From NCBI GenBank assembly GCA_043827405.1, contig JBDRPD010000034.1, positions 40,175 through 104,174 of the forward strand: a DNA stretch of 64,000 nucleotides, given 5' to 3'. Below, one piece after another: positions 35,721 to 44,807 of this stretch. The position numbers and the translations under genes are program-made. This stretch comes from Elusimicrobiota bacterium. GTDB lineage: Bacteria; Elusimicrobiota; Elusimicrobia; UBA1565. Positions within the stretch are counted from its first letter, which is position 1. Each line of letters opens with the position of its first letter. Under the pieces are notes generated by a model, which searched no databases, had not been told where the DNA came from, and saw nothing but the letters and a program-made list of their open reading frames with translations.

Positions 35721-37075
35721 TCCATACCGAGGTGCTGATTCTCGGCGCCGGGCTGGCGGGCCTGTCCACGGCCCATCATCTTGATCGTCTGGGCCGCAAG
35801 GGCCGGTATCTGATCGTCGAGAAGGAAAATGCGGTCGGCGGCCGGGCCGGATCCATGAAGCGGGACGGTTTCATTTTCGACCATACAGGCCACCTCCTGC
35901 ACCTGCATGATCCGTACGGGAAAAGGCTGATCATGCGGCTGCTGCGCGGTAACCTCGCCCTGCACGAGCGATCAAACTGGATCTACTCGCACGGAGCCTT
36001 TACGCGCTATCCCTTCCAGGCGAACACCTATGGGCTGCCGGTAAATGTCGTGGCCGAATGCGTGGGGGGCTTTGTCCGCAGCGCTTACCAGTGCCGGCGC
36101 CTGGGCGCCGACCCGTCCTTTCAGGAGTGGTGTCTGAAAACCTTCGGCTCCGGGATCTCGAAGCATTTCATGTTTCCCTACAACCGCAAGCTGTGGCGGA
36201 TGCGGCTCTCCGATATGACGACCGAATGGCAGGGGGCGTTTTTGCCGCGGCCGAAAGCCGACGAGGTACTTTACGGGGCGCTGAACGACCAAAAGAAGTT
36301 TTTCGGCTATAACGCGCACTTTCGTTATCCCGTCCGCGGCGGGTGTCAGGTTCTGCCCGATGCCTTGGCGGCCAAAGTATCGAATATCCGGCTCGGCAGT
36401 CCGGTGCAATCTGTCGATCTGCGCGAGCGGACGGCCGTCGTCGCCGGCGTCGGGGAAGTGCGCTACGAGCGGCTGGTCAATACCCTGCCGCTGGTCGATT
36501 TCCTGGATTTGGCCTCGCCGCTGCCGGCCGCCGTGCGGTCCGCCCGATCCGACCTCCGCTACGTTTCCGTCTATAACTTAAACATCGGAATTCGGCGCGG
36601 CGGCATTTCGGACAAGCATTGGGTTTACTTCCCCGGGAACCGGGAGGTTTTCTACCGCGCGGGCTTTACCAGCAATTTTTCGCCGCATCTGGCGCCCCGG
36701 AAAACGACGTCCATGTATATCGAGGTCGCGCGCCGCCCCGGGAGCCGGGTGAATCTTGACCGGCTGGAGCGGCAGTGCCTGGACGGCCTGCGCGGGTGCG
36801 GTATTTTGCGGGGCGCAGACAAGCTGGCCGCGCGGCTGTGGATTCCCATCCCCTGCGCCTATGTCGTCTACGACCGCCGCCGCACCGCCGCCCTCGGGCG
36901 CATCTTTCCGCACCTCGCAGCGCGCGGCGTCGCCTCGATCGGACGCTGGGGCGGCTGGAAGTATTCGTTCATGGAAGAGGCCGTCATGGACGGCCTGCGC
37001 TGCGCGCAGCGGCTGCTTGGGCGTCGAGTCAAGGGCGATATGTCCATGGACCGCCCTCTCGTCGCGCTGAAGTGA
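35717..37075 (+). CDS. FAD-dependent oxidoreductase, nucleotide-sugar pyranose-mutase-like (HemY/UGM fold)
   Basis: 'GAGLAGL', 'GFIFDHTGH', 'PYNRKLW', 'FRYP.RGG', 'AYVVYD', 'GRWG.WKY'. Confidence 0.75.
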   Translation: MIHTEVLILGAGLAGLSTAHHLDRLGRKGRYLIVEKENAVGGRAGSMKRDGFIFDHTGHLLHLHDPYGKRLIMRLLRGNLALHERSNWIYSHGAFTRYPFQANTYGLPVNVVAECVGGFVRSAYQCRRLGADPSFQEWCLKTFGSGISKHFMFPYNRKLWRMRLSDMTTEWQGAFLPRPKADEVLYGALNDQKKFFGYNAHFRYPVRGGCQVLPDALAAKVSNIRLGSPVQSVDLRERTAVVAGVGEVRYERLVNTLPLVDFLDLASPLPAAVRSARSDLRYVSVYNLNIGIRRGGISDKHWVYFPGNREVFYRAGFTSNFSPHLAPRKTTSMYIEVARRPGSRVNLDRLERQCLDGLRGCGILRGADKLAARLWIPIPCAYVVYDRRRTAALGRIFPHLAARGVASIGRWGGWKYSFMEEAVMDGLRCAQRLLGRRVKGDMSMDRPLVALK

Positions 37076-38130
37076 GGCGGGCGCTCCCCCTTATCATTTT
37101 CGCCGGCGCGCTGGCCGCTTGCGGGCGCGGCGGCGAGAAGTCCTGGCCGGAGGTCCCGCTCACGGGTGAACGCGTGTCGGTGATGACCTTCAATGTCGAA
37201 AACCTGTTCGATGCGCGGCACGATTCCGGCAAGTCCGATCACGCCTTTCTCCCGCTCAGCGCCAAGCGAACGAAAGCGCATGCCGCGAGCTGCCGCGGGG
37301 TGCGCCAAGAGCTGTGGCGCGAGCAGTGCCTGCACTGGGACTGGTCTGAAAAGACGCTGCGCACCAAGCTCGCGCGGCTGGCGGGGGTCATCCTCTCGGT
37401 CGGCGGCGGACGCGGTCCGGATATTCTGATCCTGCAGGAAGTCGAGAACGCCCGGGTGCTGGAGCTGCTGCGCGCACAGCTGGCGCCCGCCGGTTATCGG
37501 CCGGGCATTCTCGTCGCGGGCGACGATCCGCGAGGGATCGACGTCGCCGTGCTCGCGCGCTTGCCGGCTATCGGGGAACCGGTCCTGCACGCGATGCCGC
37601 GCCGGGGCCTGCGCGGCATTCTGCAGGCGGCATTCAAGCTGCCCGGCGGCAGGGAGCTCGCGGTCTTCGCCGTGCATTTGCCCGCGCCCACCCAGGCCCG
37701 GGATCTGCGTCTGGCGGCGCTGGAGGAGCTTAACCGTCTTCAGGCGCGGCTCCCCGACGGCCGAATGGCGGTCGCGGCGGGAGACTTCAACTTCCCGGCC
37801 GACGAGGACGCGGCCTACGGCGTTCTCGAGCGCTACGTGCGTCCGCGCTGGCTCGTCTCGCACCGCTTCGGCTGCGCCGGGTGCCGGGGCACGAACTACT
37901 ACCCGCCCAAGGAGCAGTGGTCGTTCTTGGACATGATCCTGCTGTCGAAGAATCTGCATCCCAGCGGCGGCGCGCCCTGGGTGGTGCTGCGTGATTCCGT
38001 GCGGGTGATCGACGGCGCACCGCAGCAAAAGAATCGCTACGGCAGCCCGGCGCGCTTCGAGCCGGCATTCGGAACGGGCGTGTCGGATCACTGGCCGCTC
38101 GTGCTGACGCTGGCGGAGCGCGCGTCTTAG
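37072..38130 (+). CDS. Endonuclease/exonuclease/phosphatase family lipoprotein
   Basis: Lipobox 'LAAC'; 'TFNVENLFD', 'LQEVEN', 'D.RGIDVA', 'GDFN', 'SDH.P'; GTGA overlap. Confidence 0.85.
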   Translation: MRRALPLIIFAGALAACGRGGEKSWPEVPLTGERVSVMTFNVENLFDARHDSGKSDHAFLPLSAKRTKAHAASCRGVRQELWREQCLHWDWSEKTLRTKLARLAGVILSVGGGRGPDILILQEVENARVLELLRAQLAPAGYRPGILVAGDDPRGIDVAVLARLPAIGEPVLHAMPRRGLRGILQAAFKLPGGRELAVFAVHLPAPTQARDLRLAALEELNRLQARLPDGRMAVAAGDFNFPADEDAAYGVLERYVRPRWLVSHRFGCAGCRGTNYYPPKEQWSFLDMILLSKNLHPSGGAPWVVLRDSVRVIDGAPQQKNRYGSPARFEPAFGTGVSDHWPLVLTLAERAS

Positions 38131-38131
38131 G

Positions 38132-38533
38132 CTAGCTGGTCAGCTGCGCGTAGGCTTTCTGGATCGCTTTTGCTTTCTGTTCGGCCAGGCGGCGGAACTC
38201 GGCGCCCAGGTGCTGTACCTTGTCGGGATGGTATTTCGCCATCTCGCGCCGGTAGGCTTCTTTGATGTCCTGCGCGGCGGCATCGGGGGAGACGCCCAGC
38301 AGTTTGTAGGGGTCGCGCGGGAGCTCCTCTTCGGGCGGCGCGGCGGGCGCCTGCGCGCGCCGGCCGCCGGGTCCGGTGCGGACCTGTTTGCGCAGGGCCT
38401 CAACGGCGAGGTAGATGGCCAGTACGGCCACGAAGATGTCGTCGATCCAGCCGACCACGCCCAAAAAGTCGCCGTCGAAGGGCATGACGACATAGATGAA
38501 CCCGGCGAGGAGGATGAGGAGGGGCCTGTTCAT
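38132..38533 (-). CDS. DUF1232/YkvA-like membrane segment fused to C-terminal J-domain
   Basis: 'Y...PFD.D...VVGWIDD'; 'DPYKLLGV...IKEAYR.....YHPDK' HPD motif. Confidence 0.82.
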   Translation of the reverse strand: MNRPLLILLAGFIYVVMPFDGDFLGVVGWIDDIFVAVLAIYLAVEALRKQVRTGPGGRRAQAPAAPPEEELPRDPYKLLGVSPDAAAQDIKEAYRREMAKYHPDKVQHLGAEFRRLAEQKAKAIQKAYAQLTS

Positions 38534-38550
38534 CAGCCGGCGCAGCAGGG

Positions 38551-39426
38551 TCAGATCCTCACCCCCTTGAGCAGCGCCCGCAGGCGGCGGCGGTTTTCCT
38601 TCGTGATGGGCGTTAGCGGCGCCCGCGGTTCGCCCGCGCACAGGCCGGCCATCTCCGCCGCGGCTTTCACCGGGATGGGATTGGTTTCAATAAATAAGCC
38701 TTTGATGATGGGAAACAGCTGGTGGTGCAGGCGCCGCGCCGTTTTGAAGTCGCCCTTGAGGGCCGCCGCGCACATGCGCGCGTTCTCGCGCGGCAGGATA
38801 TTGGATACGACGCTGATGCCGCCTTTGCCGCCGATGCTCATCATCGGCACCGTCAGCGCGTCGTCTCCCGACAGGACGGTGAAGCCCGCGGGGCAGAGGC
38901 TCATGATCTCGCTCGCCTGATCCAGCGAGCCCGAGGCCTCTTTGGTCGCCGTGATGTTGCGGCAGGACTTGGCGAGGCGGGCGAGCGTCGCGGGCTGGAG
39001 ATTAATGCCGGTGCGCCCGGGGATATTGTAGACGACGATCGGTATGCGCACCGCCTGCGCGACCGCCCGGAAGTGCCGGTACAAGCCTTCCTGGGTGGGC
39101 TTGTTGTAGTAGGGGACGAGTACGAGCAGCGCGTCCGCGCCCCAGGATTCGACCTGGCGGCTGGCGGCCACGGCCTTCTCGGTTGAGTTGGTGCCGACGC
39201 CGGGGATTACCGGGATGCGGCCGCCGGCTTCCTCGACGGTGATCTCGATCACCCGGCGGTATTCCGCGTCGCGCAGCGTCGCCGCCTCCCCCGTCGAGCC
39301 GCAGGGGACGAGCCCGTTGGTGCCGGCGCGCAGCTGGCGGCGGATGAGCCGGCGCAGCGCGGGCTCGTCCAGCTTGTCGTTTTTGAACGGCGTGATCAGC
39401 GCGGTGATAGAGCCTTGAATCTTCAT
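38551..39426 (-). CDS. dapA: 4-hydroxy-tetrahydrodipicolinate synthase
   Basis: 'TALITPF', 'GSTGE', 'PYYNKP', 'YNIPGRTG', 'KEASG', 'SGDD', 'NPIPVK'. Confidence 0.96.
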   Translation of the reverse strand: MKIQGSITALITPFKNDKLDEPALRRLIRRQLRAGTNGLVPCGSTGEAATLRDAEYRRVIEITVEEAGGRIPVIPGVGTNSTEKAVAASRQVESWGADALLVLVPYYNKPTQEGLYRHFRAVAQAVRIPIVVYNIPGRTGINLQPATLARLAKSCRNITATKEASGSLDQASEIMSLCPAGFTVLSGDDALTVPMMSIGGKGGISVVSNILPRENARMCAAALKGDFKTARRLHHQLFPIIKGLFIETNPIPVKAAAEMAGLCAGEPRAPLTPITKENRRRLRALLKGVRI

Positions 39427-40241
39427 AGACATATCTCTCCTTCGTAGATGATGCGGGCGGGGCCCTCGAGCCGGATATCGTCAAACCGGTCTTGCGGAAG
39501 CTTCTTGAAGCGGACGGTCAGCGTATCTCCGCTTTTTGTTACGACGCTGATCGGGGAATTCTTACCCGTCCAGACGGCGGTCAGCAGGGCGGCCGCGGCG
39601 GCGCCGGAGCCGCAGGCCAGCGTTTCGTCTTCCACGCCCCGCTCATAGGTGCGGATGTGCAGCCGGCCTCGTTCGACGCCGATGAAATTAATATTAGCTC
39701 CCGCCGGCCGGAAGACCGGATGGCGGCGCAGCGCGCGGCCGACCGGTACTACGGGATAGCCGGCCAAGCGCCGGAAGTCCAGGCGCAGGACGGCGTGCGG
39801 CACTCCGATATGCAGCGCGCCGAGGACATAGCTGCGGCCGCGGACGCAGGCACGCAGGCGCGGGCGCAGTCCCGAGGCGGCCGGCATGGAGACGCTCGCG
39901 CGCGCGGCGCCGCGGACGCGGCAGGCGAGGAGACCCGCCGAGGTGGTGAGCGGGAAAGATGCGCCGGCGCCGCCCCGGAGCCGCAGCCAGACGGCCGCGC
40001 AGCGCGTGCCGTTGCCGCAGAAGGCGCGCGAGCCGTCGGCGTTGTAATAGTCGAGTTCGGCCGGCCGGCGGTCGTCGGCCCGGCGGACCAGCAGCAGTCC
40101 GTCGGCCCCGGCGGAGACCCGCCGAGCGCACAGCCGGCGCGCCAGCGCGCCGCCGGCGCGCCGGCCGTTCAGCCGGGCGCGGTCAATCAGGATGAAGTCG
40201 TTGCCGGCGCCGGAGAGCTTGGCGAAGGGGATGCGCTTCAT
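39423..40241 (-). CDS. dapF: Diaminopimelate epimerase
   Basis: 'GAGNDF', 'GADG', 'NADGS...CGNG.RC', 'G.PH', 'RTYERGVEDETLACGSG'. Confidence 0.95.
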   Translation of the reverse strand: MKRIPFAKLSGAGNDFILIDRARLNGRRAGGALARRLCARRVSAGADGLLLVRRADDRRPAELDYYNADGSRAFCGNGTRCAAVWLRLRGGAGASFPLTTSAGLLACRVRGAARASVSMPAASGLRPRLRACVRGRSYVLGALHIGVPHAVLRLDFRRLAGYPVVPVGRALRRHPVFRPAGANINFIGVERGRLHIRTYERGVEDETLACGSGAAAAALLTAVWTGKNSPISVVTKSGDTLTVRFKKLPQDRFDDIRLEGPARIIYEGEICL

Positions 40242-41185
40242 CGCTCTTTTTCCAGTTCCGCGAGCATGCTCCGGGCGGTCTTCGCGAGGAACGGGCTTGA
40301 ATGGGAGGCCGCGGCGGCGGCCCGCAGGTCGACGCGCGCCTGGTCGTGGTTTCCGCGCCGGAGCGCGACGGAGGCGCGCAGCCAGCGGGCCAGCGGGGAT
40401 GACGGCTTGGCCGCCAGAACGCTTTGCGCGATGTCCAGCGTCTCGTCCAGGCGCGCGTCCTCGAGGAGCCAGAGGGCTTTCTCCAGGAGCAGGTCGATCC
40501 GGTCGGGGGCGGCGGCGATGGCGTTTGTCAGGTTGATGTAGGCGGTCTCATGGTGCCCGCGGCGCCGTTCGATGCGCGCCAAGGCTGTTCGTGAATCGAT
40601 GTGGCTTAGAAGTTCGAGCGAGGAGAGGATGGCCCGGGAAGCCTCGTCGAGCCGTCCCGCATCCGCCAGCGTCTGCGCGTAGCTCCGCCAGACATGCGGA
40701 TTGTCGCCCCACTGCTGCAGGGTTTTTTCGTAATGTTCGACGGCCTTGGAGAGGTAGCCTTGGCTGCGGTAAATCTCGGCGATGCCCAGGTGCCCGCCGG
40801 CGTTGTTGGGGTGTATCGCTAGGATGCGAAGGTAGTAGGGGCGGGCCTGGCCGGGCAGCCCGGCATAGCGCAGCATCTCGGCGAGGTCCGACAGCAGATT
40901 CAGGTCCTTGGGATAGATGCCGGCTCCCAATTGGTAGATCTGCAGCGCCTTGGCCGGCTTGTTCGTAAGCTCATAGCATTTACCCAGCAGGTGATAGGCT
41001 TCCGCGCGGCGCCAGCGAGGAAGCTCGGAGATTTTGGACTCGGGCAGCTGGGCCAAAACCTTTTCATATGCCCGGGCCGTGAAATGGGCGCGGACGGGAT
41101 TTAACGGGTCATGCCCGCGCAGCGCCTGCAGGCCCGCGCATCCGGTCAGCGCGCACAGGCAGGCGGCGAGGAGCGTTCGCTTCAT
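40238..41185 (-). CDS. TPR-repeat lipoprotein
   Basis: Signal with 'LTGC' lipobox; repeated helical TPR patterns ('AYHLLGKCY', 'HLGIAEIY'). Confidence 0.75.
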   Translation of the reverse strand: MKRTLLAACLCALTGCAGLQALRGHDPLNPVRAHFTARAYEKVLAQLPESKISELPRWRRAEAYHLLGKCYELTNKPAKALQIYQLGAGIYPKDLNLLSDLAEMLRYAGLPGQARPYYLRILAIHPNNAGGHLGIAEIYRSQGYLSKAVEHYEKTLQQWGDNPHVWRSYAQTLADAGRLDEASRAILSSLELLSHIDSRTALARIERRRGHHETAYINLTNAIAAAPDRIDLLLEKALWLLEDARLDETLDIAQSVLAAKPSSPLARWLRASVALRRGNHDQARVDLRAAAAASHSSPFLAKTARSMLAELEKER

Positions 41186-42144
41186 GGCGTCTTGTTCCAT
41201 TTTTTCCACAGCCGGGGCAGCGTGAACAGGATGAGGCTCTCTTGGGCGCCGCGCAGCTTGCCGGCCGCCGCGGACATCCCTTTTTCCATAGCCGTCTGCG
41301 CCTGCGCGACATCGTAATAGCGGATATCGCCCACGTTGGGCTCGATAACCACATGTGCCGTTTTTCGCTGTTCCCGCGACAGGAGCGTCCCGCGGATATC
41401 GAAGATTTGCACCAAAGTGGACAGCACGTTGTCGGGATGGGCTTTGGTGAAGTCTCCCTCGGTGACGCTGGCGATGATCCATTCGGCGCCGAGCAGTTTA
41501 GCAGCGTCGACGGGGATGTAATCCACTACGCCGCCGTCCACCAGGTAGCGATGGCGGTAGTGGACGGGACGGAACAGGCCGGGCATGCTCCAGCTCGCCC
41601 GGACGGCGGGAGCCAGCGGGCCTTCGCGGAAAATAATCTTCTCGCCGGTGCGCAGGTCCATCGCCACGCAGGCAAAGGGCTTGATGGTCTGATCGAATCG
41701 CATATCGCCGAGCTGCCGGCGCATAAGCTCTTCAAACTTCTCGTTTGAGAGCAGGCTGTCGCTGAGCATGAGCTGCAGCAGCCGGATCTTGCTGAGGTTG
41801 CTGCCGGAGCCCAGGGTTAGGTTGTTGGGGAAGTTCAGCATGGAGTCCATGTCCATGCCGGCGGCGTAAAAGGAGCCGACGACCGCGCCCATCGAGGTCC
41901 CGGCCACAACGTCGATCGGAAACCCCGCGTTTTCGAGGACCTGGATGACGCCGACGTGAGCAACGCCGCGGACGGCGCCGGCCGACAGCACGAGACCGAC
42001 TTTGGGGCGCTCCGTTTGCGGCATGGCGCGGACCTGGCGCCAGAGGTGCTCGCGCAGCAGCGTGTCGGCCTGCTCGCCGGACATCGCAGAGGCCGGTAGT
42101 GCGCCGAGGCCGAGGCAGGCGAGCAGGATGAGCGGCGCGCGCAT
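41182..42144 (-). CDS. Exported patatin-like phospholipase
   Basis: Signal peptide; 'LSAGAVRG.AH.GV', 'GTSMG', 'DGG'. Confidence 0.88.
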   Translation of the reverse strand: MRAPLILLACLGLGALPASAMSGEQADTLLREHLWRQVRAMPQTERPKVGLVLSAGAVRGVAHVGVIQVLENAGFPIDVVAGTSMGAVVGSFYAAGMDMDSMLNFPNNLTLGSGSNLSKIRLLQLMLSDSLLSNEKFEELMRRQLGDMRFDQTIKPFACVAMDLRTGEKIIFREGPLAPAVRASWSMPGLFRPVHYRHRYLVDGGVVDYIPVDAAKLLGAEWIIASVTEGDFTKAHPDNVLSTLVQIFDIRGTLLSREQRKTAHVVIEPNVGDIRYYDVAQAQTAMEKGMSAAAGKLRGAQESLILFTLPRLWKKWNKTP

Positions 42145-42146
42145 CG

Positions 42147-43421
42147 TCAGCGCACGTCGAGCGCCCGGCCCACGGCGCGCTCGAGCTGCGCGCGCGCGAG
42201 CAGGTGCGCGGTTATCGCTTCCAGATGGCGCCGGCCGGCGCGCAGCACTCCGGCCGCGGCGCGCAGGACTTCGGCCGGCCGTGCGTTCTGCCCCTGGGCT
42301 TCTTCCAGCAGCGCCAGGAGGTCCTGGCTCTCCTGCTCGCGGAGGCGCCACTCACGCTGCCAGTACTGGAGCGCCCGGTGCGCCTTGTGGACGTCCAGAT
42401 GTACGAGGTCGCGCAGTTCGGAACGGGTGATTTCCGCCTGGCGCTGCTCGGCGACTTTCTGGTTGTGTTTGGTCCAGAAGTCGAAGGAAAACGGCAGCCG
42501 TATCCCCAGGGTGGCGTCCCAGTTGTTCTGCCGGAGCGGAAACTCCTGGCCGGTGACCTCGTAATCAAAGCCGAGAAAGACGGTCGGGTAGCGGCGGCTG
42601 AGCGCGAGATTGACGCCGATCGCGTCCATCTCCGCGCGCAGCGTCTGCGACTGCAGCTCGGGGCGCAGTTCCGTGGCCCAGACCAGGGCCCGGCGCAGGT
42701 CGACCTGGACCGGCTGGGTCTCCAGCTCGCCGTCGACGCGCACCGCCCGGTCAAGCTCGAAGTTCAGCGCCTTGAGGAACTTCAGCCGGGCCAGCTCGAG
42801 ATGGTGCAGCGCCTCCTCCCGCAGCGAGCGCAGTTCCGAGGTTAGAGCCGCCGCTTCCACCTTCTCCCAGGCGTTCGCGGACGCCCGCCCCGCGTTCGCG
42901 CGCGTCACCTTCAGGGTTTTGTCCACCGCCGTCAGGGTCTTTTGCGCCAATAGCAGCCGATAGTACGCCTCTTTCGCGCGGTATTCCACGTCCAGCTTGA
43001 CGGTGTCGAACTGGCTGCGCGCCTGCCGCAGGGCGGTTTGCGCCAGCCGCAGGGTGTTGATGTCGCGGCGGCCTTCGTAAAGCGAGAACAGGGCGTAGCC
43101 CTGGCCGGAATACAGGTAGTCCTTATCGGACGGGAACAGCAGGGTGGAGCGCGGGCCGAAGCCGAGCGCGAACGGCCGGCGCGCGTTGAAGCGCGTCGTC
43201 GTCGCCTGCAGGCCGACTTCCGGCAGAAACCGCAGCTTGGCCTCCAGGACGCGCTCCTCGGCGATGGCGATGTCCTTCGCGGACTTTTGGATGCCGGCGC
43301 TGTTGTCGAGCGCGGATTTTACCGCGCGCTCGAGGGAGTAGGTTTCCGCGGGAGGCTCGGCGGCGGCGAACACCGCCGCTCCGGCGAGCAGGAATGTCAG
43401 TGTCGATGCGGTGCGAAGCAT
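42147..43421 (-). CDS. TolC-family outer membrane protein
   Basis: Signal peptide; 'SLERAV..AL.NS', two OEP-like halves, 'RPEL', 'A.AQLERAVG'. Confidence 0.8.
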   Translation of the reverse strand: MLRTASTLTFLLAGAAVFAAAEPPAETYSLERAVKSALDNSAGIQKSAKDIAIAEERVLEAKLRFLPEVGLQATTTRFNARRPFALGFGPRSTLLFPSDKDYLYSGQGYALFSLYEGRRDINTLRLAQTALRQARSQFDTVKLDVEYRAKEAYYRLLLAQKTLTAVDKTLKVTRANAGRASANAWEKVEAAALTSELRSLREEALHHLELARLKFLKALNFELDRAVRVDGELETQPVQVDLRRALVWATELRPELQSQTLRAEMDAIGVNLALSRRYPTVFLGFDYEVTGQEFPLRQNNWDATLGIRLPFSFDFWTKHNQKVAEQRQAEITRSELRDLVHLDVHKAHRALQYWQREWRLREQESQDLLALLEEAQGQNARPAEVLRAAAGVLRAGRRHLEAITAHLLARAQLERAVGRALDVR

Positions 43422-43440
43422 GCTGTGGCCGCGCCTCAGA

Positions 43441-44019
43441 TCAGACCTTGAAGCTGCGTGTGATGTGGTGCAGCTCCTCCCGCAGGGATTTTAGATCGTC
43501 GCGCAGATGGTCGATCTCCGTCTCCGCGGGGGTGTCCGGCAGATTTTTCAGGGTTTCATCCAGGCGCGCGGTCAGGTGTTCGACCAGCGACCGGTCTTTC
43601 TGCACCAGGCGCTGGAGGTTGACGATCATGGCGTTGACTTCGTCCTGCAGCTCCATGAGATCGTCGCCCGTTCTCAAGGCTACGCGGTGCGTCAGGTCGC
43701 CGGTGGAAAGAACCTGCGCCGAGCGCTCAAAGCGGTAGATCGGTCCGGCGAAGCGGTGCGACACGAACATGGAGACGAGGAACATGATTCCCATGAAGAT
43801 GATCATCTTGACCATGTCCATGCGGATGACCTGGCTCAGTATCGGCATCAGCGAGGGGTCGTTCTCCTCGATAAAGCGGAACATCGTCAGATAGCTGCCG
43901 ATGCCGACGATCAGCGCGGTGAACGCCACGGCGGCGAACACGATCGCGGCATACTTCAGCTGCAGCCCGCGCTTGACCAGGACGGTCCGGCGCTGAAAAC
44001 GCTGAGTCGGCTCGCCCAT
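43441..44019 (-). CDS. Two-TM HAMP protein without recognisable output domain
   Basis: 'RR..LVK..LQ.KY', two TMs, 'SHRFAGPIYRF......GDL...V.LR.GD' HAMP, short coiled coil. Confidence 0.75.
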   Translation of the reverse strand: MGEPTQRFQRRTVLVKRGLQLKYAAIVFAAVAFTALIVGIGSYLTMFRFIEENDPSLMPILSQVIRMDMVKMIIFMGIMFLVSMFVSHRFAGPIYRFERSAQVLSTGDLTHRVALRTGDDLMELQDEVNAMIVNLQRLVQKDRSLVEHLTARLDETLKNLPDTPAETEIDHLRDDLKSLREELHHITRSFKV

Positions 44020-44807
44020 TAGAAGCTCCCCGTGTACTTGAACTGAACAATGCGCTCCGGTCCGCGCACGGTGCCGTCCGTGTACTTACCGCCCATGCCG
44101 ATGCCGCGCAGCGCGAAATCGAAGTGGAAGTTCGGGATCAGGTAGAAGCGCATGCCGATGTTGAGCCGGCTGTCCAGAAAATTATTAATATTGTCCCATT
44201 CGATCATCGGCATGACCCGGTCCTGCACGTTGTAGTTCGCGGCGAGGATGCCGCCGAGGTCGTTGGAGTCGAAATCCGAGACGTACATGCCCGCGTGCGC
44301 CATTAGGCCGGGCAGGCCGATCTCCTGGGAGCCGATGAAGTACAGCCCATGCTGCCGCTGGTTGTAGCGTTTGTCGCCGCGGTTGTGGAGATAGCCCTGG
44401 CTGTCGAAGCCGACGGCGAGGGCGGGGATGATGCGGTCGCCGTCGAAAGCGCGGATCTTGAACTGCAGTTCGGGCCGGGTGATGCGGACCGGCGGACGGC
44501 TGCCGATGAGGCCGTCGACGTTGGCGGACACGCCGAGATTAACGCGCGGGTAGACGCCGAAGTTGAGGAATTCCACTACGCCGCCGTTGGAGAAGAAGCG
44601 GGTGCGCGAAGAAAAACCGCTATGGTCGGCGACGCCGGCGGTCGGTACGTCGATCAATAGGGTGTCGGGCAGCAGCAGTCCGGTGTGGGTGCGGCCTGCG
44701 GGTTCCGGCGGTGCGCCGCTGACCGGGTCGGCGCCTTGGGCGAAGACGCCCGCCGGGAGAGGCAGGAGTGCGGCGGCAAGGGCCAGGTTGAGCGTTATGC
44801 GCATCAT
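44019..44807 (-). CDS. YjbH-like outer-membrane beta-barrel protein
   Basis: Signal peptide; 'IDVPTAG', 'PALAVGFDSQG', amphipathic strands, C-terminal Phe. Confidence 0.6.
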   Translation of the reverse strand: MMRITLNLALAAALLPLPAGVFAQGADPVSGAPPEPAGRTHTGLLLPDTLLIDVPTAGVADHSGFSSRTRFFSNGGVVEFLNFGVYPRVNLGVSANVDGLIGSRPPVRITRPELQFKIRAFDGDRIIPALAVGFDSQGYLHNRGDKRYNQRQHGLYFIGSQEIGLPGLMAHAGMYVSDFDSNDLGGILAANYNVQDRVMPMIEWDNINNFLDSRLNIGMRFYLIPNFHFDFALRGIGMGGKYTDGTVRGPERIVQFKYTGSF

